A stretch of DNA of 64,000 bases from Candidatus Woesearchaeota archaeon B3_Woes (GTDB taxonomy: Archaea; Nanobdellota; Nanobdellia; Woesearchaeales; B3-WOES), in contig NJBG01000001.1 in the NCBI GenBank assembly GCA_005222965.1, positions 896,167 to 960,166 of the forward strand, written 5' to 3'. A program made the position numbers and the translations under genes. Position 1 is the first letter of the stretch, and each line of letters begins with the position of its first letter. Positions 1 to 9,348 of this stretch are shown here, piece by piece. Below the pieces are notes generated by a model that did no database searches, was not told where the DNA came from, and saw only the letters and a list, made by a program, of their open reading frames with translations.

Positions 1-149
1 TTATCATGTTTAACAAAACCAAAAATATCTGGCCAAGAAACACCTATAAACTTAGGATATTTAACAAAAGCATCTGTGAAAGGATCAACATAAATTGGTC
101 TTCCATCAATAGGCCCCCATTTTAATAGTTCTTGTTTTGGATCTATCAT
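1..149 (-). CDS. hypothetical protein (N-terminal part only; runs off window start)
   Basis: Reverse-strand ATG at 147-149 forms an ATGA overlap with the TGA stop (146-148) of the upstream gene. Translation begins MIDPKQELLKWGPIDGRPIYVDPF. Confidence 0.35.
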   Translation of the reverse strand, partial: MIDPKQELLKWGPIDGRPIYVDPFTDAFVKYPKFIGVSWPDIFGFVKHD

Positions 150-1267
150 TTTATCTTCCTAACAATTCCCTTTTCAGCATCTACTTCTACTCTATCTCCA
201 TTCTTTAAGGAACTTGTAACACCTAAAGCTCCTACAATACAAGGAATTCCCAATTCTCTTGAAACAATTGCAGCATGAGATAATAAACCGCCCTCATTTG
301 TTACAATTGCCCCTGCTTTTTGGCAAGCAACCATTAACTCTGGTGATGTTGTTTCAGTAACTAATATATCTCCTTTATTCATTTCCTGAGTAAGTTTTCT
401 GACTTTGTAAAATTCATAACCATGATTAAATAACTTAACTCTGCCTATAACTTTTCCTTTATTCGCTATTGTTCCTTTCAAAACCTTTTTGGATTTTATT
501 TTTGGAACCATTAAATCAATAATATTCTTATAAATATCATTCTGTAATAATATAACTTTCCCTTTTCCACCCTTTAAAATATAAAAATCCCTTCTTTTAT
601 TAAGAGTTTGTTTATCAACAAATTTGCCATCAAACAAACCAATAACCTCATCAGGATCATACTCCACTAAGTCCTCAAAATCAACTGAAAACTGTTTACT
701 TAATATCCTAAGAACTTTATAAATATAAGAATTTGCATCAAAATATACTCTAATAATCTGCTCTTTTCCTGGGTTTTTTAATTTATTAAAATCATCTAAA
801 TTACGCTTTAAAACAGAATTTTTTTTAGCCACTCTAAAGGCCATATCAAGATAAAAAAATTCACATTTAACATAAAGAGAAAGAGTTTTACCAGCATGCT
901 TGAAAAAAGTTTTAACATCATTCTTTTTAATTACCTTCTTTTTAGTAATTTTTTCAAAAAATGGAATTGATTCATCAAAATGTTTTTTATATTCATTTAG
1001 AAATAAAAGAAATTTTTTCTTATTAGAATAAAACTCAACACCATCATTAAGAGTTTTTTCAAGCATATCTTTTTTAAGAAATGCTGTCCACATATTGTCT
1101 TTCCACGTTATTAAGAAATCAATGGTTCTATAATGATACGCAAACATATAAGAAGTAATATAAGGCATTCCTGGACCGCCAAATACTCTTGTATATTGTT
1201 TTGGGTTTACTAATCCCATATTATTATCTTTAAGCCCCCAATAAATATAAACTAAAAGCAAAATCAA
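146..1267 (-). CDS. PEP-utilising enzyme mobile (phosphohistidine swivel) domain protein
   Basis: The C-terminus GGLLSHAAIVSRELGIPCIVG is the canonical PEP-utilisers mobile-domain motif of the PEP synthase / pyruvate phosphate dikinase family. The N-terminal region is unassigned. The true start may be the internal Met (MGLVNPKQ). Confidence 0.55.
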   Translation of the reverse strand: MILLLVYIYWGLKDNNMGLVNPKQYTRVFGGPGMPYITSYMFAYHYRTIDFLITWKDNMWTAFLKKDMLEKTLNDGVEFYSNKKKFLLFLNEYKKHFDESIPFFEKITKKKVIKKNDVKTFFKHAGKTLSLYVKCEFFYLDMAFRVAKKNSVLKRNLDDFNKLKNPGKEQIIRVYFDANSYIYKVLRILSKQFSVDFEDLVEYDPDEVIGLFDGKFVDKQTLNKRRDFYILKGGKGKVILLQNDIYKNIIDLMVPKIKSKKVLKGTIANKGKVIGRVKLFNHGYEFYKVRKLTQEMNKGDILVTETTSPELMVACQKAGAIVTNEGGLLSHAAIVSRELGIPCIVGALGVTSSLKNGDRVEVDAEKGIVRKIK

Positions 1268-2727
1268 GAACCAATAATAACCTTATTTGAATAGCTTCTC
1301 TTCACTTCTCCTTTCTCATCCTTAAACTTAGCTATTGTAGAAGGCAAAGGCAATTTACCCAAAATACTTAATCTTGATTTTACACCATACTTAATAACAG
1401 TTTCTTCTTCTCTATCAAGGTTATTAATAACCCATTTAGCAATAATTCCTCTTTTAGTATGAACAACTTTCTCAGGCTGTAATGTACCAACCCCTTCTTC
1501 TTTATCAAAATCAGCTATATCAGGTATTCTATCAATTATAGAAACATTATCAATAGGTTTTTTAGATCTGTTTTTGATATGCAGAATAACCTTGAAATTA
1601 GTTATTCCACCTTCTGTTTTAACTATATTTTGAACAGATTTTGTTATAATTACAGGACTTCTAAACTTAAAATAGTAAAAAAAGAACACACCAAGAACAA
1701 CCAAAACAATAAACAAAGGAATATAATTAGTTTTAACAACAACATTATAGGTTTCCTGTGAATCTAATTTAACTTTCCACCCAAGATACCTCTTTCCATC
1801 TTCAACAAAAGACTCTGCTTTTGGATTTGTTCTTGTAAATAAAGCCTTGTAAAAAGGACTTTCAAGTTTAGCAAAACCATCAAACTTAGTATTTCCATCA
1901 TTCACAAACATTACTCTGTCATATTTACCTAAAACCCTAAAACTAGGATTATGATTATCCACAACACCACCATACTTTAATACCTCATACCCATATGGCG
2001 CACTCTTAAGCTCATAAATCTTTTTACCATCTTTTGCAATAACATGTATTCTTAGATTATCCTTAATAGGTGGCGTCCTTTTATCTAATAAAACATTAAA
2101 TTTCAGTGTTTTTTTATCACTTCCAGAATCTAAAGGACCTAAAGAACTAATAGTAGATTCCCTTATTGCATCGCTCTTAAGCTCAACAGTTATTTCCTCT
2201 AAATTTTTTGCATTTCTATTCTCGAGCCAAACAGTTACTTCAAATGGTTCTCTTGGATCAATCTTCTCAGGAACCTTTCCGCTAATACTAACAGCAGGAA
2301 TATTACCCAAAGAAACAACATTTACAATAATATCATTCTTAAACAACTCTCCACTATCTTCATGCTTTATATTTATTCTTAGAGCATACCTTCCAATTCC
2401 AACACCTATTGGTTTTGCAACAAGCAAAACCTCTCTTATTGATTCAGGATATACTTTTACATTATAATCTGAAACAGGTCTTGTCTTAATAAACCACTCC
2501 ACATATGGTGCTGCTGGTTTTATAGTAAAGACCTCAATAGAGTTTCTAGGATTAGTAATTTTTATCTTGAATTCAGCATTTTCTGAAAAATCAATTTTAT
2601 CTTTTATAACACTTAACTCAACTTCAAAAGGGGGTTCTACAACTGTCTCATTCTGAGAATAAACAACACTAGAAAAAATTACTAAAAATGTAAAAATAAG
2701 CATTATTCTACTCATATATATCCCCAC
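1264..2727 (-). CDS. secreted/surface protein with signal peptide and C-terminal TM anchor
   Basis: Hydrophobic N-terminus (MLIFTFLVIFSSVVYS), long beta-rich ectodomain, and a single C-terminal TM helix (IPLFIVLVVLGVFFFYYF). Start overlaps the upstream stop. Confidence 0.4.
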   Translation of the reverse strand: MGIYMSRIMLIFTFLVIFSSVVYSQNETVVEPPFEVELSVIKDKIDFSENAEFKIKITNPRNSIEVFTIKPAAPYVEWFIKTRPVSDYNVKVYPESIREVLLVAKPIGVGIGRYALRINIKHEDSGELFKNDIIVNVVSLGNIPAVSISGKVPEKIDPREPFEVTVWLENRNAKNLEEITVELKSDAIRESTISSLGPLDSGSDKKTLKFNVLLDKRTPPIKDNLRIHVIAKDGKKIYELKSAPYGYEVLKYGGVVDNHNPSFRVLGKYDRVMFVNDGNTKFDGFAKLESPFYKALFTRTNPKAESFVEDGKRYLGWKVKLDSQETYNVVVKTNYIPLFIVLVVLGVFFFYYFKFRSPVIITKSVQNIVKTEGGITNFKVILHIKNRSKKPIDNVSIIDRIPDIADFDKEEGVGTLQPEKVVHTKRGIIAKWVINNLDREEETVIKYGVKSRLSILGKLPLPSTIAKFKDEKGEVKRSYSNKVIIGS

Positions 2728-2779
2728 CTCTATACTTTAACCTATATTAAATAACATCTATATATAAATTTTGCTATAA

Positions 2780-3232
2780 CTAACTAACCCTAATAACTCC
2801 ATGCATGTATGTAAAAACACCATCATTAAAATAATAAGTGCCTTTTTCATCAAAAGTATAACTAAAATTCTCAAAAGGCTCTATCCGAGAACTATAAAAC
2901 CTTTTATTAGCAGATCTCTCATAAACCAAATAATTCCTATTAGGATCACTATTAACCCAAAAAACAGTTGTTCCAACAGGAATATCCAATTCACTAGGAG
3001 AATATTTAGTATCTTTAATATCAATAATCCTAAAATCCTGTTCTGGTTCTTCTATTAGAGCAGGCATTTCCTCAATAATCTCTTTTGCGTTTCTTCCACT
3101 ACCCCACATAGCTTCTACATCCACAACCTTTTCCCCATTAATATCTTTTAAACCAATATAAGAACCAAAACCAAAGAACAATAGAACAAACACTACCATA
3201 AGCACTACATCAACCTCTTTTTTTATTCGCAT
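2780..3232 (-). CDS. membrane-anchored cupredoxin-like domain protein (no Cu ligands)
   Basis: N-terminal TM helix. The C-terminal beta pattern (IPVGTTVFWVN ... FSYTF ... GVIRVS) resembles plastocyanin-like folds but lacks the Cys/His copper ligands. Paralogous to 11893..12354. Confidence 0.4.
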   Translation of the reverse strand: MRIKKEVDVVLMVVFVLLFFGFGSYIGLKDINGEKVVDVEAMWGSGRNAKEIIEEMPALIEEPEQDFRIIDIKDTKYSPSELDIPVGTTVFWVNSDPNRNYLVYERSANKRFYSSRIEPFENFSYTFDEKGTYYFNDGVFTYMHGVIRVS

Positions 3233-3250
3233 TACACATATAACAACAAA

Positions 3251-3274
3251 ACAACTATATAAACTTTATCCAAA
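3251..3274. repeat. 24-nt exact direct repeat acaactatataaactttatccaaa, copy 1 (TATA-box-like)
   Basis: Exact 24-mer also at 4435..4458. Contains tatataaa. Copy 1 lies 26-32 bp upstream of the reverse-strand ATG at 3232. Confidence 0.7.
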
Positions 3275-3490
3275 ACACAAACCCCAATTTGATTTATAGG
3301 AATGTTTATATAATATATATTCATTACTATCTATTATGGTAGAAACTATCAAGAAAACATTTGATTCTGTACTTCTTTTTTGTAGTGAACAGCCTACACC
3401 AACACCGGCACAGTAAGTGCCATCATTGTTCTGATATCTGAATTTATTCTTTAGAACTGAATATTCTTTAAATCAATGGAGGTAAACAAA

Positions 3491-3571
3491 ATGGAACTAG
3501 AAAAACGAATAGAAAATGAATATAAAGGGGGACAAACTCTCGGGAACACCGATGGTTGTATTCCTTGTTAA
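3491..3571 (+). CDS. candidate small ORF (26 aa, MELEKRIENEYKGGQTLGNTDGCIPC)
   Basis: Preceded by GGAGGT, a 7-nt spacer and ATG. The 17-mer ggaggtaaacaaaatgg is repeated exactly at 33346. Overlaps the start of the next gene in another frame. No homology call possible. Confidence 0.2.
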   Translation: MELEKRIENEYKGGQTLGNTDGCIPC

Positions 3572-4352
3572 GACTATAGGCATAATTGGAGCAGGTTGTC
3601 TTGGACAAGAAGTAATTGATGCACTTTATAACAAAGGACATAGGAACATTATCGCTACGCGTCGCAACCAGGATAAACTAAGATCATTAGGTGAAAAGTA
3701 CCAAGGAATCCAGACGAGTTCTGATAATAATTATGCTGCTAAGGAATCTGATGTGCTGATTCTAGCTGTAAAACCCCCATTGATTGATACTGTCTCCAAA
3801 GAGATAAGTTACTATACTAGTAACAAGCTTGTTATTTCATTAGCAGCTGCAAGAACCATTGAACAAATAGAATATGCGTTTAGTGATGAGTCTGCACGAG
3901 TTGCTCGTGTGATAACAGGACTGTTTGTAGCCGAAGAAGTTGCTGCTTACACACTAAGCAATAGATGCATAAATGAAGATGAAAGTGCAATTAGATACAT
4001 CTTTGGCCAAGATGCTAGATCTATAGAAGAAAATCTTCTTGCACATCGTACATTTATTGCTTGCGACACAGGTTTGATACCTAAATCTATTGGAGAGAAA
4101 ATGCAAGAACTAGAAAGATTAGGTATTAGTAAAGAAGAATCTAGATTGTTCTATGCTGCAACACTTCATGCAATAGCTAACCACCTAAGTGAAGGCATAA
4201 GTGGAGAAGAAATTTACGAGGCAGTAGGGGGAAAAGGTAGTTTTACTCAAAAACTAGGAAATGAACAAGAAGGAATTTACAGACTACAACAAAAACAAGT
4301 TACTGAAACAGTAAATGCTTGTTTAGGGAGGAAAGAAAATGGAAGAGATTAG
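3552..4352 (+). CDS. pyrroline-5-carboxylate reductase-like / F420-dependent NADP oxidoreductase family (Rossmann fold)
   Basis: N-terminal IGIIGAGCLG dinucleotide-binding motif, then ESDVLILAVKP, both typical of the ProC family. The 3516 start in the ORF track is probably too far upstream. GC content is visibly higher than the neighbours. Confidence 0.55.
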   Translation: MVVFLVKTIGIIGAGCLGQEVIDALYNKGHRNIIATRRNQDKLRSLGEKYQGIQTSSDNNYAAKESDVLILAVKPPLIDTVSKEISYYTSNKLVISLAAARTIEQIEYAFSDESARVARVITGLFVAEEVAAYTLSNRCINEDESAIRYIFGQDARSIEENLLAHRTFIACDTGLIPKSIGEKMQELERLGISKEESRLFYAATLHAIANHLSEGISGEEIYEAVGGKGSFTQKLGNEQEGIYRLQQKQVTETVNACLGRKENGRD

Positions 4353-4434
4353 CTATTGAGAATTTCAGAAAAGTTGAATTAAGAAAAAGAATCAATGTAA
4401 TGTTGCCACTCATTTAAATACACAAAAGAGGCAT

Positions 4435-4458
4435 ACAACTATATAAACTTTATCCAAA
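4435..4458. repeat. 24-nt exact direct repeat, copy 2
   Basis: Identical to 3251..3274. Followed by a purine-rich 110-nt intergenic stretch. Confidence 0.7.
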
Positions 4459-4581
4459 CAATACCCTTTTTGTTAAACTCCTGTTAGTTGCCTTGAGCCG
4501 AAGGAGAAAGCGCAGTAGGGTTGAGGAAAACGAAGTTTTCGTGCCTAAAATTAAAAACTTGCGACCTAGCCGTTGATTTAT

Positions 4582-5694
4582 TCAAACCCTTTCTTGAATA
4601 ATTAATTTTAGTTCATTAACAATGAGATTTATTAGTTCTTTTGATTTTATCTCATTTATCTTTTTTCTAGGGTTCCAGTCTATTCCAGGATTGGTATTCC
4701 CTTCAATAAAATATAAATTTCCATTATTACTTCGCATAAAATCCAAAGCGTACAGAGAATGTTTTAAATTCAATTTTGCTTCTAATTTTTTAATTATTTT
4801 TCTGGTCATAGTTAGAACGTCTTTATGTATTGTTTTTATGGACATGTAAACCAAATTTCCACCCTGGTGTTCATTGCATTTAAAATTCCCTTTTCTTGCA
4901 ATTCTTATATATGTCTGTATAATTTTATTGTTTAGTATTATAACTCTCAAATCAATAAGTCCATGATATTTTCCAATACTAAAACCCTTATTGCAATTAA
5001 TAAATGGTTGGAGTATGTAAGATAATATTTTTCCACTTTTTTTGTCTAATTCATAGTGTTTCATGATATCTTTAAAGCCAAATTTATCAAAATCTACTTT
5101 ATATATGTTAAAGCCACCTGCACCTGTTTTATCTTTTATTATATAACTATCATTAAAATCAGCTCTATATCTATACCTTTTTAATAATTTATCCAAATTG
5201 GTTTTAGCTAGAATTATTTTTCGTTTTGAAGAGTTAATTATTTCTACTGTAGGTATTGCAAATTCTTTAAAATGTTTATAGGTATTTAATTTATTCTGGA
5301 AAATATCTTTTATTTTTTCATTATTAAACGTATAAACAGATTTGGAAGATGTGAGCAATTTTAATTTATTTTTTTGTTTGATAGTAAAAGGAGTGAATTT
5401 ATCAAAAAGGACTCGGGAATATGCTTTACCATAATTTCTAACCCATTCTTTATCATATGTCCAAAAACTCTGAAAAAGACCAGATCCAATAATATCTTTG
5501 GATGTTGCAAAAGCGGCCTTAATGCCCATTTTTTTGCATCTTAATAAAAAATAAAGATAGCTATCATTGTAACCCCCTCGCCTGTCTTTGAATGAAAAAG
5601 GGAATTTTTCTCTATATTGCTTATCTCTTGCACTATTTGCAAAAGATTCTGAGTAAATTATAATTGCATCATACTGCTTTATTTTAATATCCAT
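4582..5694 (-). CDS. ATP-grasp domain protein (YheC/D- or RimK-like)
   Basis: Motifs YIIKDKTGAGGFNIYKV, DLRVIILNNKII and LYFIEGNTNPG match the ATP-grasp nucleotide-binding core. Confidence 0.45.
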   Translation of the reverse strand: MDIKIKQYDAIIIYSESFANSARDKQYREKFPFSFKDRRGGYNDSYLYFLLRCKKMGIKAAFATSKDIIGSGLFQSFWTYDKEWVRNYGKAYSRVLFDKFTPFTIKQKNKLKLLTSSKSVYTFNNEKIKDIFQNKLNTYKHFKEFAIPTVEIINSSKRKIILAKTNLDKLLKRYRYRADFNDSYIIKDKTGAGGFNIYKVDFDKFGFKDIMKHYELDKKSGKILSYILQPFINCNKGFSIGKYHGLIDLRVIILNNKIIQTYIRIARKGNFKCNEHQGGNLVYMSIKTIHKDVLTMTRKIIKKLEAKLNLKHSLYALDFMRSNNGNLYFIEGNTNPGIDWNPRKKINEIKSKELINLIVNELKLIIQERV

Positions 5695-5902
5695 ACCTAT
5701 CCTAACTTATATTATTTCATAACTGTAGATAAATCTTTCGATGTAATTGATATGTAATCACATAAGTCGGAGGGGTCTCCTTATAATATTTGCACGAAAA
5801 TTGAATATAACACCTATTAACGAAGTAAATTCTTTCCCCAGAGCTAATTATAATACTGTAAAACCGTAATATTTATATAGTCATTGTATATACAATAGCA
5901 AT

Positions 5903-6163
5903 ATGGTAACCGAAATGATAACTGTCAAGCTGGATGATAAATTTTTAGGAGATATAGATTCAGTTGTAAAAAAGGAAGGCTACCAAAATAGAACAGAGTT
6001 TATTAGAAATGCTCTAAGAGAGAAAGTTGAGGAAATCAGGCTTAAAAAAGCCATGATAGAACTAGCTCATATAAAAGGGGCAGCAAAGAAGAAAGTATCT
6101 GGTAATGATTACGAAAAAGTAAGAATGAAGGCTTTTGAAGAAATCTCCAAGAAACTTAAATGA
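5903..6163 (+). CDS. ribbon-helix-helix (CopG-like) DNA-binding protein
   Basis: N-terminal beta strand plus RTEFIRNALREKV is an RHH signature. 86 aa. Confidence 0.5.
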   Translation: MVTEMITVKLDDKFLGDIDSVVKKEGYQNRTEFIRNALREKVEEIRLKKAMIELAHIKGAAKKKVSGNDYEKVRMKAFEEISKKLK

Positions 6164-6572
6164 TGTCTTCAGGTTTATTATGCTCTGAGATATCTTCCAG
6201 TTCTCTGAAATGTTTATCTCTAGTTATGAGAATAAAGTTATTATCTCTTGCCAGGATAGCATGAAGTACATCTCCTGGTGGAATATCTCGTTCATTAGAT
6301 ATCTTCTTTGCTTCATCACGTTGCTCAGCTGTTGCAACAACTTTCTCTATAATTTTCTCAAATGGTTTCATCATGCCATTAATCTCTGCAATTGAGTAAT
6401 TCATCTCTAATTCTCTTATTAGGAGATAAGATATGATTAAATTATGGTTCTTTGCTTTAATTAGAGAGAATAATTTAAGGGCAAAATCTCCAAGAGGTTC
6501 ATTATTATAGCCTTTTCTATCCTCATAGATATCCATCCAGATTGAAGTATCAATATAATATTTTTCTGCCAT
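6156..6572 (-). CDS. PIN-domain protein (VapC-like nuclease)
   Basis: YIDTSIW acidic residue at the N-terminus and ITRDKHF near the C-terminus, consistent with a PIN fold. Convergent with the RHH gene (8-nt 3' overlap), so not an obvious same-strand TA operon. Confidence 0.5.
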   Translation of the reverse strand: MAEKYYIDTSIWMDIYEDRKGYNNEPLGDFALKLFSLIKAKNHNLIISYLLIRELEMNYSIAEINGMMKPFEKIIEKVVATAEQRDEAKKISNERDIPPGDVLHAILARDNNFILITRDKHFRELEDISEHNKPEDII

Positions 6573-6757
6573 TTTAATTATTAAAATATATTACTTTTAT
6601 ATAATTTGCTAATAAATTTAATGGTTAAAAATTAAAAGGGTTGCTTGAGTAATATTTCTTATAACATCTGACCCTGTTACCTATTAAACAAAGCAAATTC
6701 TTTTTATAGAAGATTTCTTATCCAAAAATTTAAATACAAAGCTATCAACCTAAACAT

Positions 6758-7528
6758 ATGCAGAAAAACACCCAAACAAACGAGCAAATACATGAAATAT
6801 TGTTTGAAAAAGACGATGTAACATGGCAGTCTATAATCTATGAACTAGTAAAATCAGAAAAGATTGACCCATGGGACATTGACATAAACAAATTAACACA
6901 AAAATACATAGAAGTAGTTAAACAATTAAAAGAATTTGATTTTAGTATATCTGGAAAAATTCTATTAGCATCAGCTATTTTACTAAGAATAAAATCAAAC
7001 AAACTAGTTGGAGAAGATCTAGACGAATTTGACAGAATAATTGCAGGCCAGCAAGATGAAGATTTCTTTGAAGATGATTTTAATGAAGCATTAACTAACA
7101 GAGAAGAAGGACCACAAACTTTAATCCCAAGACTACCTCAACCAAGAAAAAGAAAGGTTTCTATATATGACCTAATGGGAGCACTAGAAAAAGCATTAGA
7201 AGTAAAACAAAGAAGAGTAGTAAGAGATATACCTTCTTTTGATATTGAACTACCAAAGAAAAAATCAAATATAAGCCTGACAATGCAAAGCCTATACCTA
7301 AAAATAAGAAAATTCTTTGTTACAGGAAACAAAGAATTAACATTTTCAAAACTAATTCCTTCTGAAACAAAAGAAGATAAGGTTTTAACACTAATACCAT
7401 TATTACATCTATCAAACAAAAACCAGGTAAATCTTACACAAAAAGAGCATTTCGGCGAAATACTAATAAATCTTAAGACAAATCAGGACATAAACAAAGA
7501 ATTAGCAGAAGTAAACACTAACTCTTAA
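6758..7528 (+). CDS. scpA: segregation and condensation protein A (ScpA kleisin)
   Basis: WDIDINKLTQKYIEVVKQLKEFDFSISGKILLASAILLRIKS matches the ScpA N-terminal motif. Length 256 aa. Confidence 0.55.
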   Translation: MQKNTQTNEQIHEILFEKDDVTWQSIIYELVKSEKIDPWDIDINKLTQKYIEVVKQLKEFDFSISGKILLASAILLRIKSNKLVGEDLDEFDRIIAGQQDEDFFEDDFNEALTNREEGPQTLIPRLPQPRKRKVSIYDLMGALEKALEVKQRRVVRDIPSFDIELPKKKSNISLTMQSLYLKIRKFFVTGNKELTFSKLIPSETKEDKVLTLIPLLHLSNKNQVNLTQKEHFGEILINLKTNQDINKELAEVNTNS

Positions 7529-7573
7529 ATCCAAAGCTTTTTAAACAGTTTTCATATTCTCTGTTAAGTTAAA

Positions 7574-8002
7574 ATGACTGAAGAAAAGAACAAGGAAAAG
7601 GAAGCAAAAGCACAGGAGCTCTATATGCAGTTGAATACAATGAATCAACAAATGGTAGAGTTACAAAAGCAAATACAAACTATGGAAGAAACAATATTCG
7701 AAGTAAACGAATCTAAAAAAGGATTAGATGATGTTTCTAAATCAGAAAAAGGCAAAGAAATACTTGTTCCTATTATTTCTGGAATATTTGCAAAAGCAGA
7801 ACTAAAAGAACCAAAAGAATTCATAGTAAATGTTGGTTCAAATACAGCAGTTGTAAAATCAATCGAAGATGTTCAAAAGATTCTAGACAAACAACTAACA
7901 GAAATGCAAAAAACCCAAAATACTTTTGTTGATAGTTTAACTCAATTAACAGTTGAAGCAAAAAAAGCTGAAAAAGGACTTAAAGAGCTTATTGAAAAAT
8001 AA
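7574..8002 (+). CDS. pfdA: prefoldin alpha subunit
   Basis: 142-aa coiled-coil protein with central beta-hairpin segments. Lies immediately upstream of ftsY, the conserved archaeal pfdA-ftsY arrangement. Confidence 0.5.
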   Translation: MTEEKNKEKEAKAQELYMQLNTMNQQMVELQKQIQTMEETIFEVNESKKGLDDVSKSEKGKEILVPIISGIFAKAELKEPKEFIVNVGSNTAVVKSIEDVQKILDKQLTEMQKTQNTFVDSLTQLTVEAKKAEKGLKELIEK

Positions 8003-8003
8003 A

Positions 8004-9230
8004 ATGTTTAATAGTTTAAAAGAAAAATTAAAGAAAGCAATTTCTAGATTTTCTAAAAAAGTTGATGAAATAGAAGAACCTGTAGAAGAAGTTAAAGAAA
8101 AGCCAAAGCCAGTTGAGAAAAAACCTATTCAAAAACCTAAAAAAGAGAAAAAAGAAAAAGCAATTAAAAAAAAGAAAGAAGAAGTAAAAGAAGAAAAGCC
8201 AAAACCTGTTATTGAAAAACCGAAAGAAGAACCAATTGTTGAAGAACCTAAAAAAGAGAAAAAATCATTCTTTGGATTTAAGAAAAAGAAAGAAAAACCA
8301 ATCGAAGAAAAGAAAGAAGAACCAATTATTGAAGAACCTAAAGAAGAAAAACCTGTTGAAGAAGAAAAAAAAGGAATCTTCAAAAAAATAACAACAAAGA
8401 AAATAGATCAAGAACAATTTGAAAAATTATTCTGGGAACTGGAATTGGCTCTAATGGAAAATAATGTTGCTATAGAAATCATAGATAAAATTAAACAAGA
8501 TCTAAAACAAAATCTTGTTGATAAACCTCTAACAAGAACAAAAATAGATGAAACAATTAAAAATACTCTGAAAAATTCTATAAAAGAAATATTAGAAGTC
8601 GATAAAATAAATTTACTTGAAAAAATAAAAGAAAAAAAACCCTATGTAATCTGTTTTGTTGGTATAAATGGTTCTGGTAAAACAACAACAATCGCAAGAA
8701 TAGCACATCTTTTACAAAAAAATAATATAAGCAGTGTAATGGCTGCTTCAGATACATTCAGAGCAGCAGCAATCGACCAAATACAACATCACGCAGATAA
8801 ATTAAATGTCAAATTAATTAAACAAGATTATGGATCAGACCCAGCAGCAGTCGCTTTTGATGCAATTAAACATGCAGAATCAAAAAACATAGATGTTGTT
8901 CTAATTGATACAGCAGGAAGAATGCATTCTAATGCTAATTTACTGGATGAAATGAAGAAAATAATTAGAGTTGCAAAACCAGATATGAAAATTTTTGTTG
9001 GAGAATCAATAACAGGGAATGATTGTACTGAACAAGCTAAAAAATTCAACCAAGCAATTGAAATTGATGGAATCATACTAACCAAAGCAGATGTTGATGA
9101 AAAAGGAGGGGCTGCATTATCTGTTAGTTATATAACCAAAAAACCAATCTTGTACATAGGAACAGGCCAAGGATACAATGATTTAAAAGAATTCTCTTCA
9201 GACACTATTCTAGATAATCTAGGACTTTAA
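8004..9230 (+). CDS. ftsY: signal recognition particle receptor FtsY
   Basis: N-terminus MFNSLKEKLKKAI, a Lys/Glu-rich acidic linker, and the SRP GTPase motifs GINGSGKTTT, DTAGR and TKADVDEKGG. The ATG at 8004 sits right after the prefoldin stop. Confidence 0.85.
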   Translation: MFNSLKEKLKKAISRFSKKVDEIEEPVEEVKEKPKPVEKKPIQKPKKEKKEKAIKKKKEEVKEEKPKPVIEKPKEEPIVEEPKKEKKSFFGFKKKKEKPIEEKKEEPIIEEPKEEKPVEEEKKGIFKKITTKKIDQEQFEKLFWELELALMENNVAIEIIDKIKQDLKQNLVDKPLTRTKIDETIKNTLKNSIKEILEVDKINLLEKIKEKKPYVICFVGINGSGKTTTIARIAHLLQKNNISSVMAASDTFRAAAIDQIQHHADKLNVKLIKQDYGSDPAAVAFDAIKHAESKNIDVVLIDTAGRMHSNANLLDEMKKIIRVAKPDMKIFVGESITGNDCTEQAKKFNQAIEIDGIILTKADVDEKGGAALSVSYITKKPILYIGTGQGYNDLKEFSSDTILDNLGL

Positions 9231-9348
9231 ATACTTCGTTTAATAGTTGTTAAATACAATTGAGAAAAAGGCCTTATCTGTTTTTAAGTCACTTCATAGT
9301 GGTAAAAAATAGCAAGATATATATATTAGTTATTGAATTGATCAGTAT

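Noticed and set aside
1579-1761. Short plus-strand ORF
   Set aside because: Antisense to and inside the 1264..2727 coding region. Low-complexity Asn-rich translation typical of AT-rich antisense frames.
7953-8003. Upstream extension of the FtsY ORF overlapping the prefoldin gene
   Set aside because: The ATG at 8004 gives the canonical FtsY N-terminus (MFNSLKEKLKK) and sits right after the prefoldin stop. The extension is an ORF-track artefact.
8129-8383. Ser/Phe/Gly-rich antisense ORF inside ftsY
   Set aside because: Mirror image of the Lys/Glu-rich FtsY linker. Not a gene.
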